From: an uncultured Nitrososphaerales archaeon
Lineage (GTDB): Archaea; Thermoproteota; Nitrososphaeria; Nitrososphaerales; Nitrososphaeraceae
Length of the DNA stretch: 64,000 bases
Direction of reading: 5' to 3'
Assembly (NCBI GenBank): GCA_963713605.1
Contig: CAVQMO010000012.1
Coordinates: 192,001 to 256,000 of the forward strand
The notes under the pieces are model-generated. The model saw only the letters and a list, made by a program, of their open reading frames with translations, was not told the origin of the DNA and did no database searches. This document shows positions 46,061 through 58,144 of the stretch, one piece after another (the stretch's first letter is position 1; each line of letters begins with the position of its first letter). Position numbers and translations under genes: made by a program.

Positions 46061-46402
46061 TTAATTCTCATCCTTATCATCTTTATCAACTGCAATAGGG
46101 ACTAATTCAGATTGTATCGTAGTCAACAATCTTATTATCCTCTCGTAGTGCTTCCTCAAGGACAGACTCCTTGTCTTGGCGTGCAACTCAGGAAATGCGT
46201 TTTGGGATTCTCGTATTCTAAAGAGTGCAGAATCAACCTTATTTACATAGAGAACACGACTCAGTCTGAGCAAATAATACTCTGCTTTTAACAATAATGC
46301 CTTATCATTCTGTGAAACATTAGTGCGTGAAGCGAATGTCGAAAGTGCTCTCCTTTGCTCTTCTATATCTATTCTAAACTTAGAAAAAAATTCTTCGGAC
46401 AA
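46061..46402 (-). CDS. Hypothetical helical protein
   Basis: 113-aa ORF downstream of the Rieske gene, same strand. Confidence 0.55.
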   Translation of the reverse strand: MSEEFFSKFRIDIEEQRRALSTFASRTNVSQNDKALLLKAEYYLLRLSRVLYVNKVDSALFRIRESQNAFPELHAKTRSLSLRKHYERIIRLLTTIQSELVPIAVDKDDKDEN

Positions 46403-46467
46403 AGGTTATCAGTAAGAAGAAGGTGGGTTCAACTATTTACTTCCTTCAATGTTTAAAGGGCAAGACA

Positions 46468-48509
46468 TTACTCAAAAAGGTTCTGGCCTAATGATAATTG
46501 AACAGCCGTTTGATACGTATGTGTTTGCGACCGCATGGTCGGAGAATGTGCAGCTAAATAGCGGACTGCCGACAATATGAAATGATACTGCCTAATTTTG
46601 TGATTATCAGTAGAAGGAGATGATAACGTACCTTTTATATTAGAGCATTGTCTAAAGGCGGCTTCTATCATCTGAATCAAATGAAAGCTGCGATCCTCTC
46701 GCAGTAAGAGTCTTCCAATCAAATCCATAAGAATACGGTGTCTTTTCTGTTCTGTTTGTAATTCGGGATTGTTATTCATACTGTCGTTATCTGCAGAGGG
46801 ATGATCATAATAATCGGCTACTAATTGTCCTACTGGCTCTACTTGTTGTTGCTTATCAAGTAGTGTTGATAAGTCTTTTTCAATTGCATTTCGTTTTTCG
46901 ATGTCGTAGATAGTATCTGAATTAGTGCTCGGATTAGGAATAGGAGCTGGTGGTATGTTAAGAAATCTGTTTAGATATACCCGCATTGCAGCATCAAATA
47001 TACCTCGTATTAGTTCTTGCAGTTGAATACTAGTAGCTGGAGACTGAGGCTTAGGTTGAGGTCCATGACTAACGGATGCAGAAATACGTTTCACAGATTG
47101 ATGTACTGCATTAGCGAATGTGAATGTGTGAAGAGCGACATCCCAATCTGAAAATTCATTGCGTGTGTTAAACTGATTTATTCTAAGTGCAGCTGCATAG
47201 GCAACTAATACTGCTATCTCCTCTCCAGACATTCCCCGTTTCAAAGCATCAAGTAGAACATTAACTATTAACTGAGGATCACCTCCTAAGAGAGTATCGA
47301 TTATACTGATTTCATTTTTGTTATCCCTCTTCTTGCTTGTATGCTCTATCCGGTCTGTTTTTTCCTCTTCTCTTTTTGCTTTTCCTTCTTCCAAAATATT
47401 GGGTAGTTCTTTGAATGTGCTCTCAAGTATCGCAATCAAATCTATGGGATTACGCCATGAACTAGACTCTTCCATTCGCTCTGCATCGGCATAGCCTGAT
47501 ACAAGACTACTTAAGACCGATGCAACTAATTCTTTATCATTCCAGCCAACGATATCTAGTGCTTCTAATGCTTTATTGGTAAAATCCAGAGTATGCCCTC
47601 CACCTATAAATCTGTGATCTGTTGCTGCTGCCAAAAAGCATATCAGCTAGGGACACTGCATCTGCATCTGCATGAATTGCTGTTACTAGACAGCGTTCTG
47701 CAGCTGCTGCCATTCCTTGATTCTACAAATTCACGGAACCATCTCTTAAGAGTCGGCAAGTCAGGCCAAGGTTTGGGTAAAGGGGCAACTATGAATCTAG
47801 GTGGCATAGAAGCACAGTCTTGCGCCACAGCAGATAGACCCTGATACAAAGCATGTAGTTTATCATCATTTTTGTCAAGGCATAATGTAGCAATATTCAT
47901 CATACAAGTATGGATTGTTAATCCAATCCCCCATCCAGATTGCTTGTACATTGCACCGAATTCTAAGCCTTTTCTAAAGGAGTATTTCAAACTATTATCA
48001 CTACCAGTATCAACATTATCTTCCATTGAAGATTTGTAGAAATTCTGCTGCGATGATAGAGAGAGTCCAATTATTGCCTTTGCTATTATTAATGAAATAT
48101 TTCGTTTCAAACCTGTATCAAGCAATATTTCATTATTGGCTAGGGTGGTGGAGCCAACATATGATTCATATTCGATTGGGCTTGGTGGTATGCCTATCCA
48201 GATCTCGCTATTATCTCGAATTTGTACTGGATACGATTTTACATCGCCAGCCCACTGATCAAAAGTTCCGCCATTATGAAGATCAAATCGTGCATGATGC
48301 CAGTGACATGTAAGTATGCCGTCTTTGAAAGTACCTTGGCTAAGAGGAAAGCCCATGTGAGGACATCTATTGTCTAAAGCATAAACTTTATAATTGTATA
48401 AAAAAAGTACAATAGGATGTTTCTTGAACGACAACGAGAGGCACTTACCTTCAGTCTCTATATCTTTTAGATCTGCCGCATATACAAATTGATAGTCTTT
48501 GTCGGACAT
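46468..48509 (-). CDS. Rieske [2Fe-2S] protein fused to a large helical domain; two indels at about 47635-47712
   Basis: CPH...CHWH Rieske motif; the bridging segment AERCLVTAI...LADML reads in a third frame. Confidence 0.88.
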
Positions 48510-48810
48510 CGTATAGGTTAGATTGTATGTTTACCATAATTATTCCTATGCGTGTGAATGTATTATGAATCACGTTCTAAGTAGTTTAAGACAGACAATT
48601 AGAAGCTGTAAGGGTTTCATATATTGGATAGATCTCTTCTTCAATCAGGAGGGACTGGAATTTTTAATGGATAGTTTCGATAATCAAAGTACTTCCTATT
48701 ACCTTGTTTTCATCTCCGCCTGCATCGCTATGTATTAGCGGTATCATAAACATTGATAATATAACATAATTAAGTGTAGCTATTACCGGTACTTCTCGAT
48801 TCTAAATGTT

Positions 48811-49476
48811 CTATTCATGACTGTACATGTCATGCTTTCTAAATGCTGCATAATATGCGACAGTAGCTAGACCTATTGCAAATACATACCAGATTGGTAT
48901 AACGAAATTTCCTGCATTAATAGCTCCCATGTGCATAGATGTCCAATCTGAGTACTGCATAAGCAGACCTCCTTTCGGATCTGAATCTAACGGTACTAGC
49001 CATCTATTTACAAACCAAGCAAAATCTTCGACCACTATTGCCGATATCAAAGTAGCACAACCAAGAAACAGCGCCTTCCTTCTCTTATTTTTTCCGAATA
49101 CCTTCAAAGTCATATCGTCGATAAGTGCAGCAAAACTAATTAGAACAAAAATGAAAAACATTGGAAATATATGATACTGATACATGTTGCCTAGAATCGG
49201 CTCTGTCTCTCTACTGCGATCGGAAACTGTCTCTGTCGTTACTATGGCTTTTCCATCATTATTTGAGATTTGTAGGGCAGGGTCCTTGATAAAGTAGTAC
49301 TCCAGATTTGCAAAACATGCAGCAAAAACTACTCCTATGACTGCAGCAGCGATAAATTCTATCCTCCGGGCGCCAAGTTGTCCACGAACATGATCAAATC
49401 TAGAGACATCTTTATTCCTATTGTGAAAATCATTTGTTTTAGGTGCAGATGATCTTGTGATATCACTAAATGACAT
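48811..49476 (-). CDS. Membrane protein
   Basis: About four TM segments; EDFAWF...SDWT. Confidence 0.75.
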   Translation of the reverse strand: MSFSDITRSSAPKTNDFHNRNKDVSRFDHVRGQLGARRIEFIAAAVIGVVFAACFANLEYYFIKDPALQISNNDGKAIVTTETVSDRSRETEPILGNMYQYHIFPMFFIFVLISFAALIDDMTLKVFGKNKRRKALFLGCATLISAIVVEDFAWFVNRWLVPLDSDPKGGLLMQYSDWTSMHMGAINAGNFVIPIWYVFAIGLATVAYYAAFRKHDMYSHE

Positions 49477-49892
49477 TCATTCTTTATATAGCTTCATTTG
49501 ACACCAGACACGTCAAAATCATGACATTCAGGAACGCTCTTTTCTTATTCACTACACTGAAATAAGATATTCAAGAGCTCATCAGGCCAGCGAATTTGTC
49601 TTGAAGAAGTGAGTAGTCAGGAATCGAACACTGAGGAGAAATACGAGCTCGTGTTTCTACTCCATTACCAAATCTACTCTAGTCATTATTCACAATATAC
49701 ATATTTAAAGGCTCAGGAATGGAATCGAACTTTAACCGAGATTTACTTGATCTGGCTAAATCTGTTTACGAATAAAATCCTAAGCTCGAAGATGTCATTA
49801 TTTCATTAGTGCACAGAATAAAGGAGACTGCCAGTACGGTCTTGACAAAACTCGTTCAGCATCTTCCGGCTATTTTTCACGTTCATATAATA

Positions 49893-50420
49893 TCACTTGG
49901 TCATCTGAGAAAATATCTTTGACACATGTTCTCCGGTTTCACATTCGTCATCAGGATCATCTGATGTTACTTGAATAGCATACACTTGAGTGGTGGCTGT
50001 CAGATTCAAGTTGTGGCCTAGATATTCTGCAGTGTGATCCTGAAAACTAGGTTTTCCTCGTCCTGATTCTGTGTCCAAACATTCATTCAATTTTACGTCA
50101 TTTGATAGAAGATGATTTGTAGAATAATACGGATTTGTGCCAGACCCTTCAGAAATAGTGATCATAAAATTTCCTTTGTCAGTTTTGAAAACATACGCCT
50201 CGTAACCCTCATCACCTAAAGATGCATCATGTGTGCCTCCGGCTTTTCCCTGTACATTAACAAAGGGAGTATTTCCATTCCTTAATCCAAAGTCAGTTAT
50301 AATGTAGTCTTCCGTACGCAACTTTTGTGCATACGATGGGATAGAAATGATCGAAGGAATCAGAAGTACCGTAATAGCACATAACACTAGCCACATTTGA
50401 CCTGACGCCTTAAATCCCAT
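49893..50420 (-). CDS. Secreted hypothetical protein
   Basis: Signal peptide ending SYA; PFVNVQGKAGGT..AYVFKTDKG; Cys pair. Confidence 0.75.
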   Translation of the reverse strand: MGFKASGQMWLVLCAITVLLIPSIISIPSYAQKLRTEDYIITDFGLRNGNTPFVNVQGKAGGTHDASLGDEGYEAYVFKTDKGNFMITISEGSGTNPYYSTNHLLSNDVKLNECLDTESGRGKPSFQDHTAEYLGHNLNLTATTQVYAIQVTSDDPDDECETGEHVSKIFSQMTK

Positions 50421-50952
50421 TAGTTATTTTCGATTTGTTCTGCTTATAAAGATATGGTTATTATTTATTCGGAGTTAGTTTCTTAAAAATAAATATTAAT
50501 GATCTGCCACTTCATATGCCTTCTCCTCTTAATATGTTTTCGAAAAAACTTACCTGATAACAAACCATCTGCCAGACAATTCGTGCCTTCATGACATACC
50601 AAGCTTAGATCTTCAGTAGTCCCTGGGGAAAAAGTGCTATAGGTTTTATGAGTCATTTCACTGACAATTGAAGCGCAATAAGTGGTTTGTCGGATGCACT
50701 GGAGGGCAATGAAAAGATGAGGGTAAACAAGATGTTGGACAAGTTTTATTAGAGGAAGCATTGGCATAGAGAAGAATAAATAGGTTAAGGGATGGTCAAT
50801 TCAATTGTAACAAATGGTACATCCCCTATCCAATCATTATCAAAAATGATCCTTTTCATATATTTTGGTTAAGAGGAATAATAATACATATTAAGAAATA
50901 ACTGCAAATTTGAAGTATATATAATAAACAACTTATTGCCCTATTTATAACG

Positions 50953-51138
50953 ATGGTGACAACAACTACAGAAATAGAAAGTGCATTATGTATTGTAGTG
51001 GGATTTACTTTGACCTATTTGTTCTTAGAACTAGCATGGCATTTTACTGCCTGCAAAATTAAAGATGGGACAACACTTAAGCCATGCTTATTTAAGGAAT
51101 TAAGAAAACAAATCCTTCTTGTAAGCAATAGATTGTGA
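50953..51138 (+). CDS. Small single-TM protein (LELAWH motif)
   Basis: One TM helix; paralog remnant near 37300. Confidence 0.7.
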   Translation: MVTTTTEIESALCIVVGFTLTYLFLELAWHFTACKIKDGTTLKPCLFKELRKQILLVSNRL

Positions 51139-51536
51139 GGCTGAACACTATGAATCTGCTTGATTATATATGTGACCGAATCCAAAAAGTTGATAGATCT
51201 ATCAGGTACGTAGGTTTAGCTAACAAGATGGGTACAAGGATTGAAGATCATTATAGAAACGGATTGGATCCACTTCTGGAAGAAAATGAATTAGATATCT
51301 CTTCATTAGAATCCGTTTTACGAATGAATTTAAGATGTAATATACAGTATAAACTTGGAAAGCCTTTATACTCATTTACTCTATATGAGAAAGTTAAAAG
51401 GGTAACAATACCACTATACGATAGTGATTACCAAATACTTATGATTTCATTTGACATTGATGGAAAGAATGAATATGTTATTCTTGAAAAAGTATTATCA
51501 TTGTTAAAAAAGGGTACATATAATGATTATACCTAA
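51135..51536 (+). CDS. Roadblock/profilin-like thaumarchaeal protein (DUF6659-like)
   Basis: IRYVGLANKMG...LGKPLYSFTLYEKVKRVTIPL...ISFD. Confidence 0.8.
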   Translation: MRLNTMNLLDYICDRIQKVDRSIRYVGLANKMGTRIEDHYRNGLDPLLEENELDISSLESVLRMNLRCNIQYKLGKPLYSFTLYEKVKRVTIPLYDSDYQILMISFDIDGKNEYVILEKVLSLLKKGTYNDYT

Positions 51537-51865
51537 CATGAAATTGCATTCGTGACATCGTAATTGCATTACTAGAATGCGGATTTAGATCTTGATTTTG
51601 CGAGATTCATATGTATAAGCAAGATATGCAAGTGGAGTACTTCCAATTCATATTGTCACGAGGTGCAGCCGGAAAAGACGACCGTACAGCCTGAAAGACA
51701 ATCTCAACAGCCATCAGAAGCGCCAGGAGTTACGACTGTACCGCCGGAAAGACAATTGCAAGCTAGCCCTGAACAACAGGAAGATGGAATTAATGCTGCT
51801 ATAGAGCAAAAAGATGAGCAATTTAGAAATGTATAGCTTAACGTATAATATTTCCACGAATATCC

Positions 51866-52324
51866 ATGTTTATTTCAAATAAGAATGAACTTAATTTATC
51901 AGTTCTTGTAAAGCTGTATTACAAGAAGATGATGATGAAAATAATGGTGGTAATGAAGAACAAATTGAAAAAGTTGAGATTGATAAGAAAGCGCCAATTG
52001 CAATCTCAGGTGACAATGTATACATTGTCTGGTTTAATGACCAAAACACCCCCGAACAACAATTCTGAAGTATTATTTAGATCATCTAATGATGGCGGAA
52101 TCACATTTGCAGATAGGATCAATCTGAGCAATACGACGTCTGCTGATACTATTAATGCAGGGATAGCTGCAGATGGAAGTAACGTTATCGTGACATGGCG
52201 GGAACGTAATGCAACTAGTGAAGAGCCAGTTGTAACACAAAGTAATGATAATGGTTCAACATTTGGACCAGTATTAAAGTTAACAACTAATTGAACTATT
52301 GGAGAAACAGCCGAAGATGGATAG
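51866..52324 (+). pseudogene. Asp-box/BNR short secreted protein, frameshift plus premature TGA
   Basis: KAPIAISGDNVYIVW / EVLFRSSNDGGITFADRINLSNT...FGPVLKLTTN*TIG. Confidence 0.75.
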
Positions 52325-52677
52325 CAACAACACATCTTTGCATCTTTCTATCAATAAAATATAAGTTAATTCATCATCTCTTTTATTTGACTAGGTTTAA
52401 TCCGTCGATGCAGACAATCTTAAGCATAAAGTTAGAGATCAATATTTGCTTCATTAACTCTTACTCGAGAAAATTGGTATATTCAATCTACTTTAGTTTA
52501 TAACAAATCTCGAGTCAGACGACCACAACGTATATACGTCAAAAGTTCCTGTATACTAACGAAATTTTAGCTTTTCTAATTTTGATATTAATATTGATAT
52601 AGTTCAGATCAGGCAATTAACTTCAAGACTTACGCAAAAAAAGCAAAAAAATAGACATTCTTTACAACTGTCTATTG

Positions 52678-53325
52678 TTACTCTACCTTAATTTCCTTCC
52701 CTTTAGGTTTCGATTTATCTTTCTTGTTAAATGTTATTTCAAGTATGCCATTGTTATATTTTGATTTTGCTGTTGCCAGATCAGCCTCTTCAGGTAGTTC
52801 TATCGTTTCATGATATCTCCGCGCTATACCTTCAGCATCTGTGGTTGTCACTTCCAATGTGCTGTCGTATACATTTATCTTGATATATTCTTTATTTACT
52901 CCGGGCATCTCTACCACTACTTTTATCTCTTTATCTGTAGTAGAAATGTCGACTAAAGGTTCTCTTTCGGAAGATATTAATGGCCTAGTACCAAACATTC
53001 CTTTCCCTAATCCGCTCCTTCCCTCTCGGAATGGTGATTTGACATTTCCGAACTCTCTTACTTTAGGTCTACCGTCTGGCCCAAAGGTCATGGAGTACCC
53101 ATATACAAATGGACCATATTCTCGCACTTTTGCTCCTTCTGGTGTTTCGTATTCCCTAACTAATTCTTTAGGAGTGCTTGATTCAAATTGCTTAAATCCC
53201 TCTTCGAACTCCCTTTCCATACGATTTCGCATCTCATCAAAGCTCTTAAGTATATCATCAAAACCCGATCTGCCCTGGAAGTATTTCTTAAACCAATCAG
53301 AAGGCTCTATATCCCAAAAACTCAT
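52678..53325 (-). CDS. hsp20: Archaeal small heat shock protein Hsp20
   Basis: GPFVYGYSMTFGPDGRPKVREFGN, REPLVD, EMPGV and YNNGILEI. Confidence 0.95.
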   Translation of the reverse strand: MSFWDIEPSDWFKKYFQGRSGFDDILKSFDEMRNRMEREFEEGFKQFESSTPKELVREYETPEGAKVREYGPFVYGYSMTFGPDGRPKVREFGNVKSPFREGRSGLGKGMFGTRPLISSEREPLVDISTTDKEIKVVVEMPGVNKEYIKINVYDSTLEVTTTDAEGIARRYHETIELPEEADLATAKSKYNNGILEITFNKKDKSKPKGKEIKVE

Positions 53326-53373
53326 TGTCTAATACGTCACCAATATTATTTTATGACAAATCATAATTTAAGT

Positions 53374-53396
53374 GTTACTCACATGCCATGAGTAAC
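53374..53396. promoter_or_regulatory. Perfect palindrome GTTACTCA-N7-TGAGTAAC upstream of hsp20
   Basis: Seen directly; it abuts a minus-strand TATA-like TTAAATTA at about 53365-53372. Confidence 0.6.
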
Positions 53397-53867
53397 CGGT
53401 TTTAATATTCAGGAGAACCACATATTGAATAGAAAGTAGTTAATTATAGCACGCAATATTTTTTGCATGCTTCTTTATTGTACCGCTGCTCCCAACACAT
53501 ATTTAGATAATCTATATGGTTACTATTATAATTAAAAAATAAATCTGAATAATTGATATGACAATATTGAATTTTGGTTGTAGTATATAAATAGAGCTCA
53601 AGTTTTATCAATATCTAAGAAGACGATATCAGTAAAAAATAAATATAATAAACACCAATTGTTAGTAACGGAGTGAACATCTAAGATTATGTTTTCGCAA
53701 CGACGATTACAAGCCTGCATCGCATTGTTAAAAAATAGTGCAACTGAATTAAAAGATATGCAAGATAACAATATAATGGCTGCAAGATTTATGATCGAAA
53801 TTCCGGAGTCTGGTTTGGATCCACAAAGACATGACTTAGAGGAGGTTAAATCTTTCTGAACTTTATC

Positions 53868-54820
53868 ATGATCAAGGTTAGAATGTCGCAGATATTGATT
53901 AGAGGTGTTATGTCAGCTTTACTATCTAATAATCTGATAGTACAGATACTCTTGGTAAAGAGAAAAGCGAGGAGGAATGTACAAGAAATTAAAAGGGAGG
54001 AGATTAGAATTACGGTAAGAAAGAAGTTTAACCGTACGCCTCCGCTAGCAGACACCAATGTGCTTTTGGATGTTCTAGGCAATGAAACGAGAAGAAGAAT
54101 TTTGAACCTGATTTCACATGAACCTATGTATTTTAACCAACTAACTAAAGAGATACGAACAGGTCAACAGGCAATCCTGCGCCATGTGAAGATTTTGGAA
54201 GACACCGGACTGATTAAATCTTACGCTGAGAGAAGCGATTAGGTGCTCCAGACAGAAAATATTATAGAGTCAATTCCTCCTTCAACCTAAGTATTTCAGT
54301 TTCAAATGATAATTTTACTGTAAGAAATGAAGACATTGAGGAATTAAGATATAAAGAGGCAGACGCTCTTTACAAGAAATTTGATGAACTTGATTCTATC
54401 ATTCTTAGTCATGATAACAATACTCTAGACGAATCCATGGGTAAGAATACAACAAGCAATCAACGAAAATCGGTTATGTCACTAGATCAGATACTGTTAA
54501 AGTTGCAACAAAATCTAGAAGATACAGAAGGACAAATACTACATCTAGAGTCTCGTCTTAATGACCTGCGAGCATTAAAACAAGCGATAATTAAAAAAAT
54601 ACATGATACAGAGAAAGAAAATTTTGATGATATAGAACGTAGACTTATATGCTCTGTAATGGAGGGGCCGATGTGTCGAAATGAAGAGCAATTAACCATT
54701 TCAGAGCTTGCTGAAATATTGGATAAGAATGAAAAAACAATAAGAAATGCACTATCTAGAATTACTGATAAACTAGAAATTGGGAGTAATATTTATGAAG
54801 TGTTTAAGAACTTGGCCTAA
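53868..54820 (+). CDS. ArsR-family heat-shock regulator (Phr/HSR1-like), frameshifted near 54240; start uncertain
   Basis: LLDVLGNETRRRIL..., GAPDRKYY in a second frame, then a coiled coil and a C-terminal HTH. Confidence 0.85.
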
Positions 54821-56498
54821 GACATACGTTAAGCGTAATTATGGATCTACTGATGGCTAAAATCCATGTAATCTGGCCTCATGCCTTATCAAGGTAAATT
54901 AACTATCCCTATCCCTATCCAACTCACTAATAATACTCTAATCCATTCATGATCTAACCCCAATTCAAGTCTAAAAAATTGACTTAGCAAAGTCTTGTTG
55001 TTTGATAATCATCGAAGTCAAAAAATACTATGCGCATCATTACTATTTATGGGATCATACAAATGGAAATTATAAGTTATCAATTTAGTACCTGATTTCA
55101 TAAATCGCTTACTGACAATCTATTCTGTCTTATGGAGTTGGTCTTTATCAAAGAAACCAACTAGTGACTATGTAAATATCATACGAAAACTAAAGTTAGG
55201 AAGATTTATTCCACCTTTTTTGTCTTATACTAATACTATGTCTGTGAGAATTTAGAAATAATTGTTACTCCTTCCTATCGTTGCATAGCTATCTATATGA
55301 ATAAAATCTGACTGTGACTATAATGAGCATAAAACAAAAACAGGCTAACTCAGTTGCATGTCATATTGAATTTGTGATCACATGTCCTAGGATTGCATCT
55401 TACTTTCAATATGGGACTAAAACTATCGATATTGAAGGAGTGTGTTTTAGGAAGAGACAGGTGTGGCAAATGCTAGACATAGATAACAAACAACGATACA
55501 AAAAGGAAACAAGTGGGTGGAATATTACCGATGTATGACATAGTATCCTGGCCTTTATTTTTTGCTTACTATCACGATGCGACGGGGCTAACGGAAGTAA
55601 TACTGCAGATAAAAAATTCTCATCTATCAATTGGTCTAATTGTCCAGTCACATCATGTCAACACTTCAAGATATCTCTAGTTTATGTAGATCATATCTGC
55701 TGTCGCCCTATGATAAACTATTGTCAGCGGATCCTTTCGATTAGCAAATGTTTCATCAAGCAGCTTTTCTAACTAAAAGTCACAAACTATTTGTTCTTTA
55801 ATTAAACCCTCATCCCTACATATAGGAAATCTTCTAGTTAGTTTGTGATTGACCCTCTAAATCTATTACTTAGACACCACATATAAGAACTACTAGAAGG
55901 ATTTGGTTACAGATTTTGAAAAAATGCTATGAAAAGCCACTATTGGCGCACAGGACTTGACTGTTGACCATTTACCGTTGGCGCTAGCACGTATCTACCG
56001 GGGAGCATGAAATTTTCATATCGCTTGTATTCTCGGATGTGAGAATGAGCATGTCAGATAAATATTCTCCATAAATCCCACCAACAACGAATGGTTAAAC
56101 ACAACGATGAAATAGAATCGCTAGCTCAGTTGGTCGCTAGTTTAACTACGGGATTGGTACAGACAAACCGTCAGGTCATGGAGCTGGAGAGACGGGGTCG
56201 CGGAACTGGAGAAAAAATAAAATCAATCGGCAAACACCCAAAGACTAAGAACGCCAGCTGTTAAAAAGCCTTGATATACAATATAATGTTATAGTGGAGG
56301 TTCCAAAGGCTTTCAGTGAGCTTTATTGAATAAAATCTTCTCACTTTCCTTCTTAGTGACTCGATCCAATAACATTCGATACTGAAATGCCAGTCGTGCA
56401 TCGGTTAACCTTCCGATATCCCTAATTATGGAGGTTAGGTTAGGGTTAGAACTAAACATTCCACTGAATCTTGATTCTTTACGATGTATTAATTTTTA

Positions 56499-56518
56499 CT
56501 TTAAAAGAAAAAAAGAGT
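56499..56518 (-). terminator. Oligo-T terminator downstream of amoC
   Basis: Minus strand reads ctctttttttcttttaaag about 35 nt after the stop codon. Confidence 0.5.
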
Positions 56519-56550
56519 GTATGTATAATATTTGTTTTGTTTTGTTGTTA

Positions 56551-57114
56551 TTATGGGATTGATCTGCTGTACAGCTTTCCTTCTAATGCTAGTTTGTACA
56601 TCTCTGCTACGTACGGGTTCTTGGCTGGTGTTTCAGCTCCAAGTTCGACCAATCGTGCATATACCCTTACGACATATGCTAGAGCGCCCATGAAAGCTAC
56701 AACAACTCCCATGTTAAACATCCAGTGGTTTGGAACTGAAAATATTTCTTCTACAAACCAAAAGTGCCACATCTCATTGATACCTATGGTAAACATGGTT
56801 GCCAAATATCCAAGAATGGTCATCTTTAGACCAGTATTCATGGAGTTATTTGGTCCTCTTAGAATAGGTACTTTTCTGTCATACATTGCTACAAATCCCC
56901 AACCTAGAGGAAGTGCAATGAAGTGACTGTATAGCCACCAATGAGCTGGTGTGAATGCACTATCTCTGATAGCAGTCTGATGCAATGATCCATCTACAAA
57001 GTTATCTACTTCTACTGATGCTGCAATTGATCCTAGCATTATAACCATTATGTATATTTTCTTTAGTCTCTGTATCTCTACTTCTTTTGGTATCAGCGCG
57101 GGCATCTGTGCCAT
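56551..57114 (-). CDS. amoC: Ammonia monooxygenase subunit C (archaeal)
   Basis: MAQMPALIPKEVEIQRLKK...EVDNFVDGSLHQ...FTPAHWWLYSH...NEMWHFWFVEE. Confidence 0.98.
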   Translation of the reverse strand: MAQMPALIPKEVEIQRLKKIYIMVIMLGSIAASVEVDNFVDGSLHQTAIRDSAFTPAHWWLYSHFIALPLGWGFVAMYDRKVPILRGPNNSMNTGLKMTILGYLATMFTIGINEMWHFWFVEEIFSVPNHWMFNMGVVVAFMGALAYVVRVYARLVELGAETPAKNPYVAEMYKLALEGKLYSRSIP

Positions 57115-57146
57115 TATGTTCTTCACTAATGAAGATGCATCAGATC

Positions 57147-57154
57147 TATATTAA
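57147..57154 (-). promoter_or_regulatory. TATA box of amoC
   Basis: TTAATATA on the minus strand, about 33 nt upstream of the ATG. Confidence 0.55.
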
Positions 57155-57475
57155 GTTGTGAGTATCAAAATCACATTCTTTTATGAGTGTTTAATAGCAA
57201 TATAGCTAATATTTTATACGATATACATGTAATTATACTATTTGCATGATTTATTATATCTATATGTAGATGAGCAGTAATGATTAGCGTAAGTGATTAG
57301 CGTATAACAAATTAATGTCATCATAAATGATGGAATAAAAAGATTGTTAGAAATATTCAAAAATAGAGGCTTTTTTGTACAAGATTCCTTCTTAAAATGG
57401 ATCTAAAGAGGATTTTAATTGGGATACGAGGGGGATCAGAAATGATTTATCCGATGTATATGCCAAATACAATTT

Positions 57476-58144
57476 CTAATTAATTGTATGTTTCATTCGG
57501 TTGACTTTTTTGATAAGTCTATCTGCACGATTCATACTAAATGACATCCCAGGGATTTTGCTGACCTCTTTTAACCTAAGCTTTCTTTTGAGCCTTGTCG
57601 CATTTCCATCATTCCCTAGATAAGCTATATGGCTTACTCTATCACTTATAAACAAATTCGAAGCTAGGTTACTTAGATCGCCCTTCGTCCACTTTGAACG
57701 ATGGGTTTCATAGACATTTCCAAACGCATCTTTCTGGCTGCTTGGTTTTTTGGGTGTTGATATCAAAACCCCATCATTTTTGCGCAATATCTTATGCAAT
57801 AGAGTCTCTCCCTGATGTTTTTCAAAATGCTCCAAAACATCAATCAATAGAACCAAGTCATATCTAGATTCAATTTTATCCAAAACTTCCATTATATCAC
57901 TAATGTATATGTTATTGTACACAAACTTATGTAGAGGAGTAATATAATCTCCAAAAACTTCCACTCCATCAATGCGGCGTAAAAACTGCGAATAGTTATG
58001 CCTTCCATCCCATAACTCTAGATATTCTCTACACAGTACACCATATTTCCCGAAACCTGTTCCAATATCTAAAACGGACATTGGATTTACGTGAATAATT
58101 ATATCCATTATCTTTGAAATATGATAATGTTGACTTGAAGGCAT
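57476..58144 (-). CDS. Class I SAM-dependent methyltransferase
   Basis: SVLDIGTGFGKYG, DVLEH and ISTP motifs. Confidence 0.88.
   Translation of the reverse strand: MPSSQHYHISKIMDIIIHVNPMSVLDIGTGFGKYGVLCREYLELWDGRHNYSQFLRRIDGVEVFGDYITPLHKFVYNNIYISDIMEVLDKIESRYDLVLLIDVLEHFEKHQGETLLHKILRKNDGVLISTPKKPSSQKDAFGNVYETHRSKWTKGDLSNLASNLFISDRVSHIAYLGNDGNATRLKRKLRLKEVSKIPGMSFSMNRADRLIKKVNRMKHTIN

Noticed and set aside
49708..49740. ggaatcgaac, the reverse complement of a tRNA T-loop
   Set aside because: No cloverleaf can be built around it.
56120..56200. tagctcagttggt resembling a tRNA D-arm
   Set aside because: No T-arm or acceptor stem. The region reads as a degenerate coiled-coil ORF (IESLAQLVASL...ELERR).
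56471..56926. 151-aa plus-strand ORF
   Set aside because: Antisense shadow of amoC.
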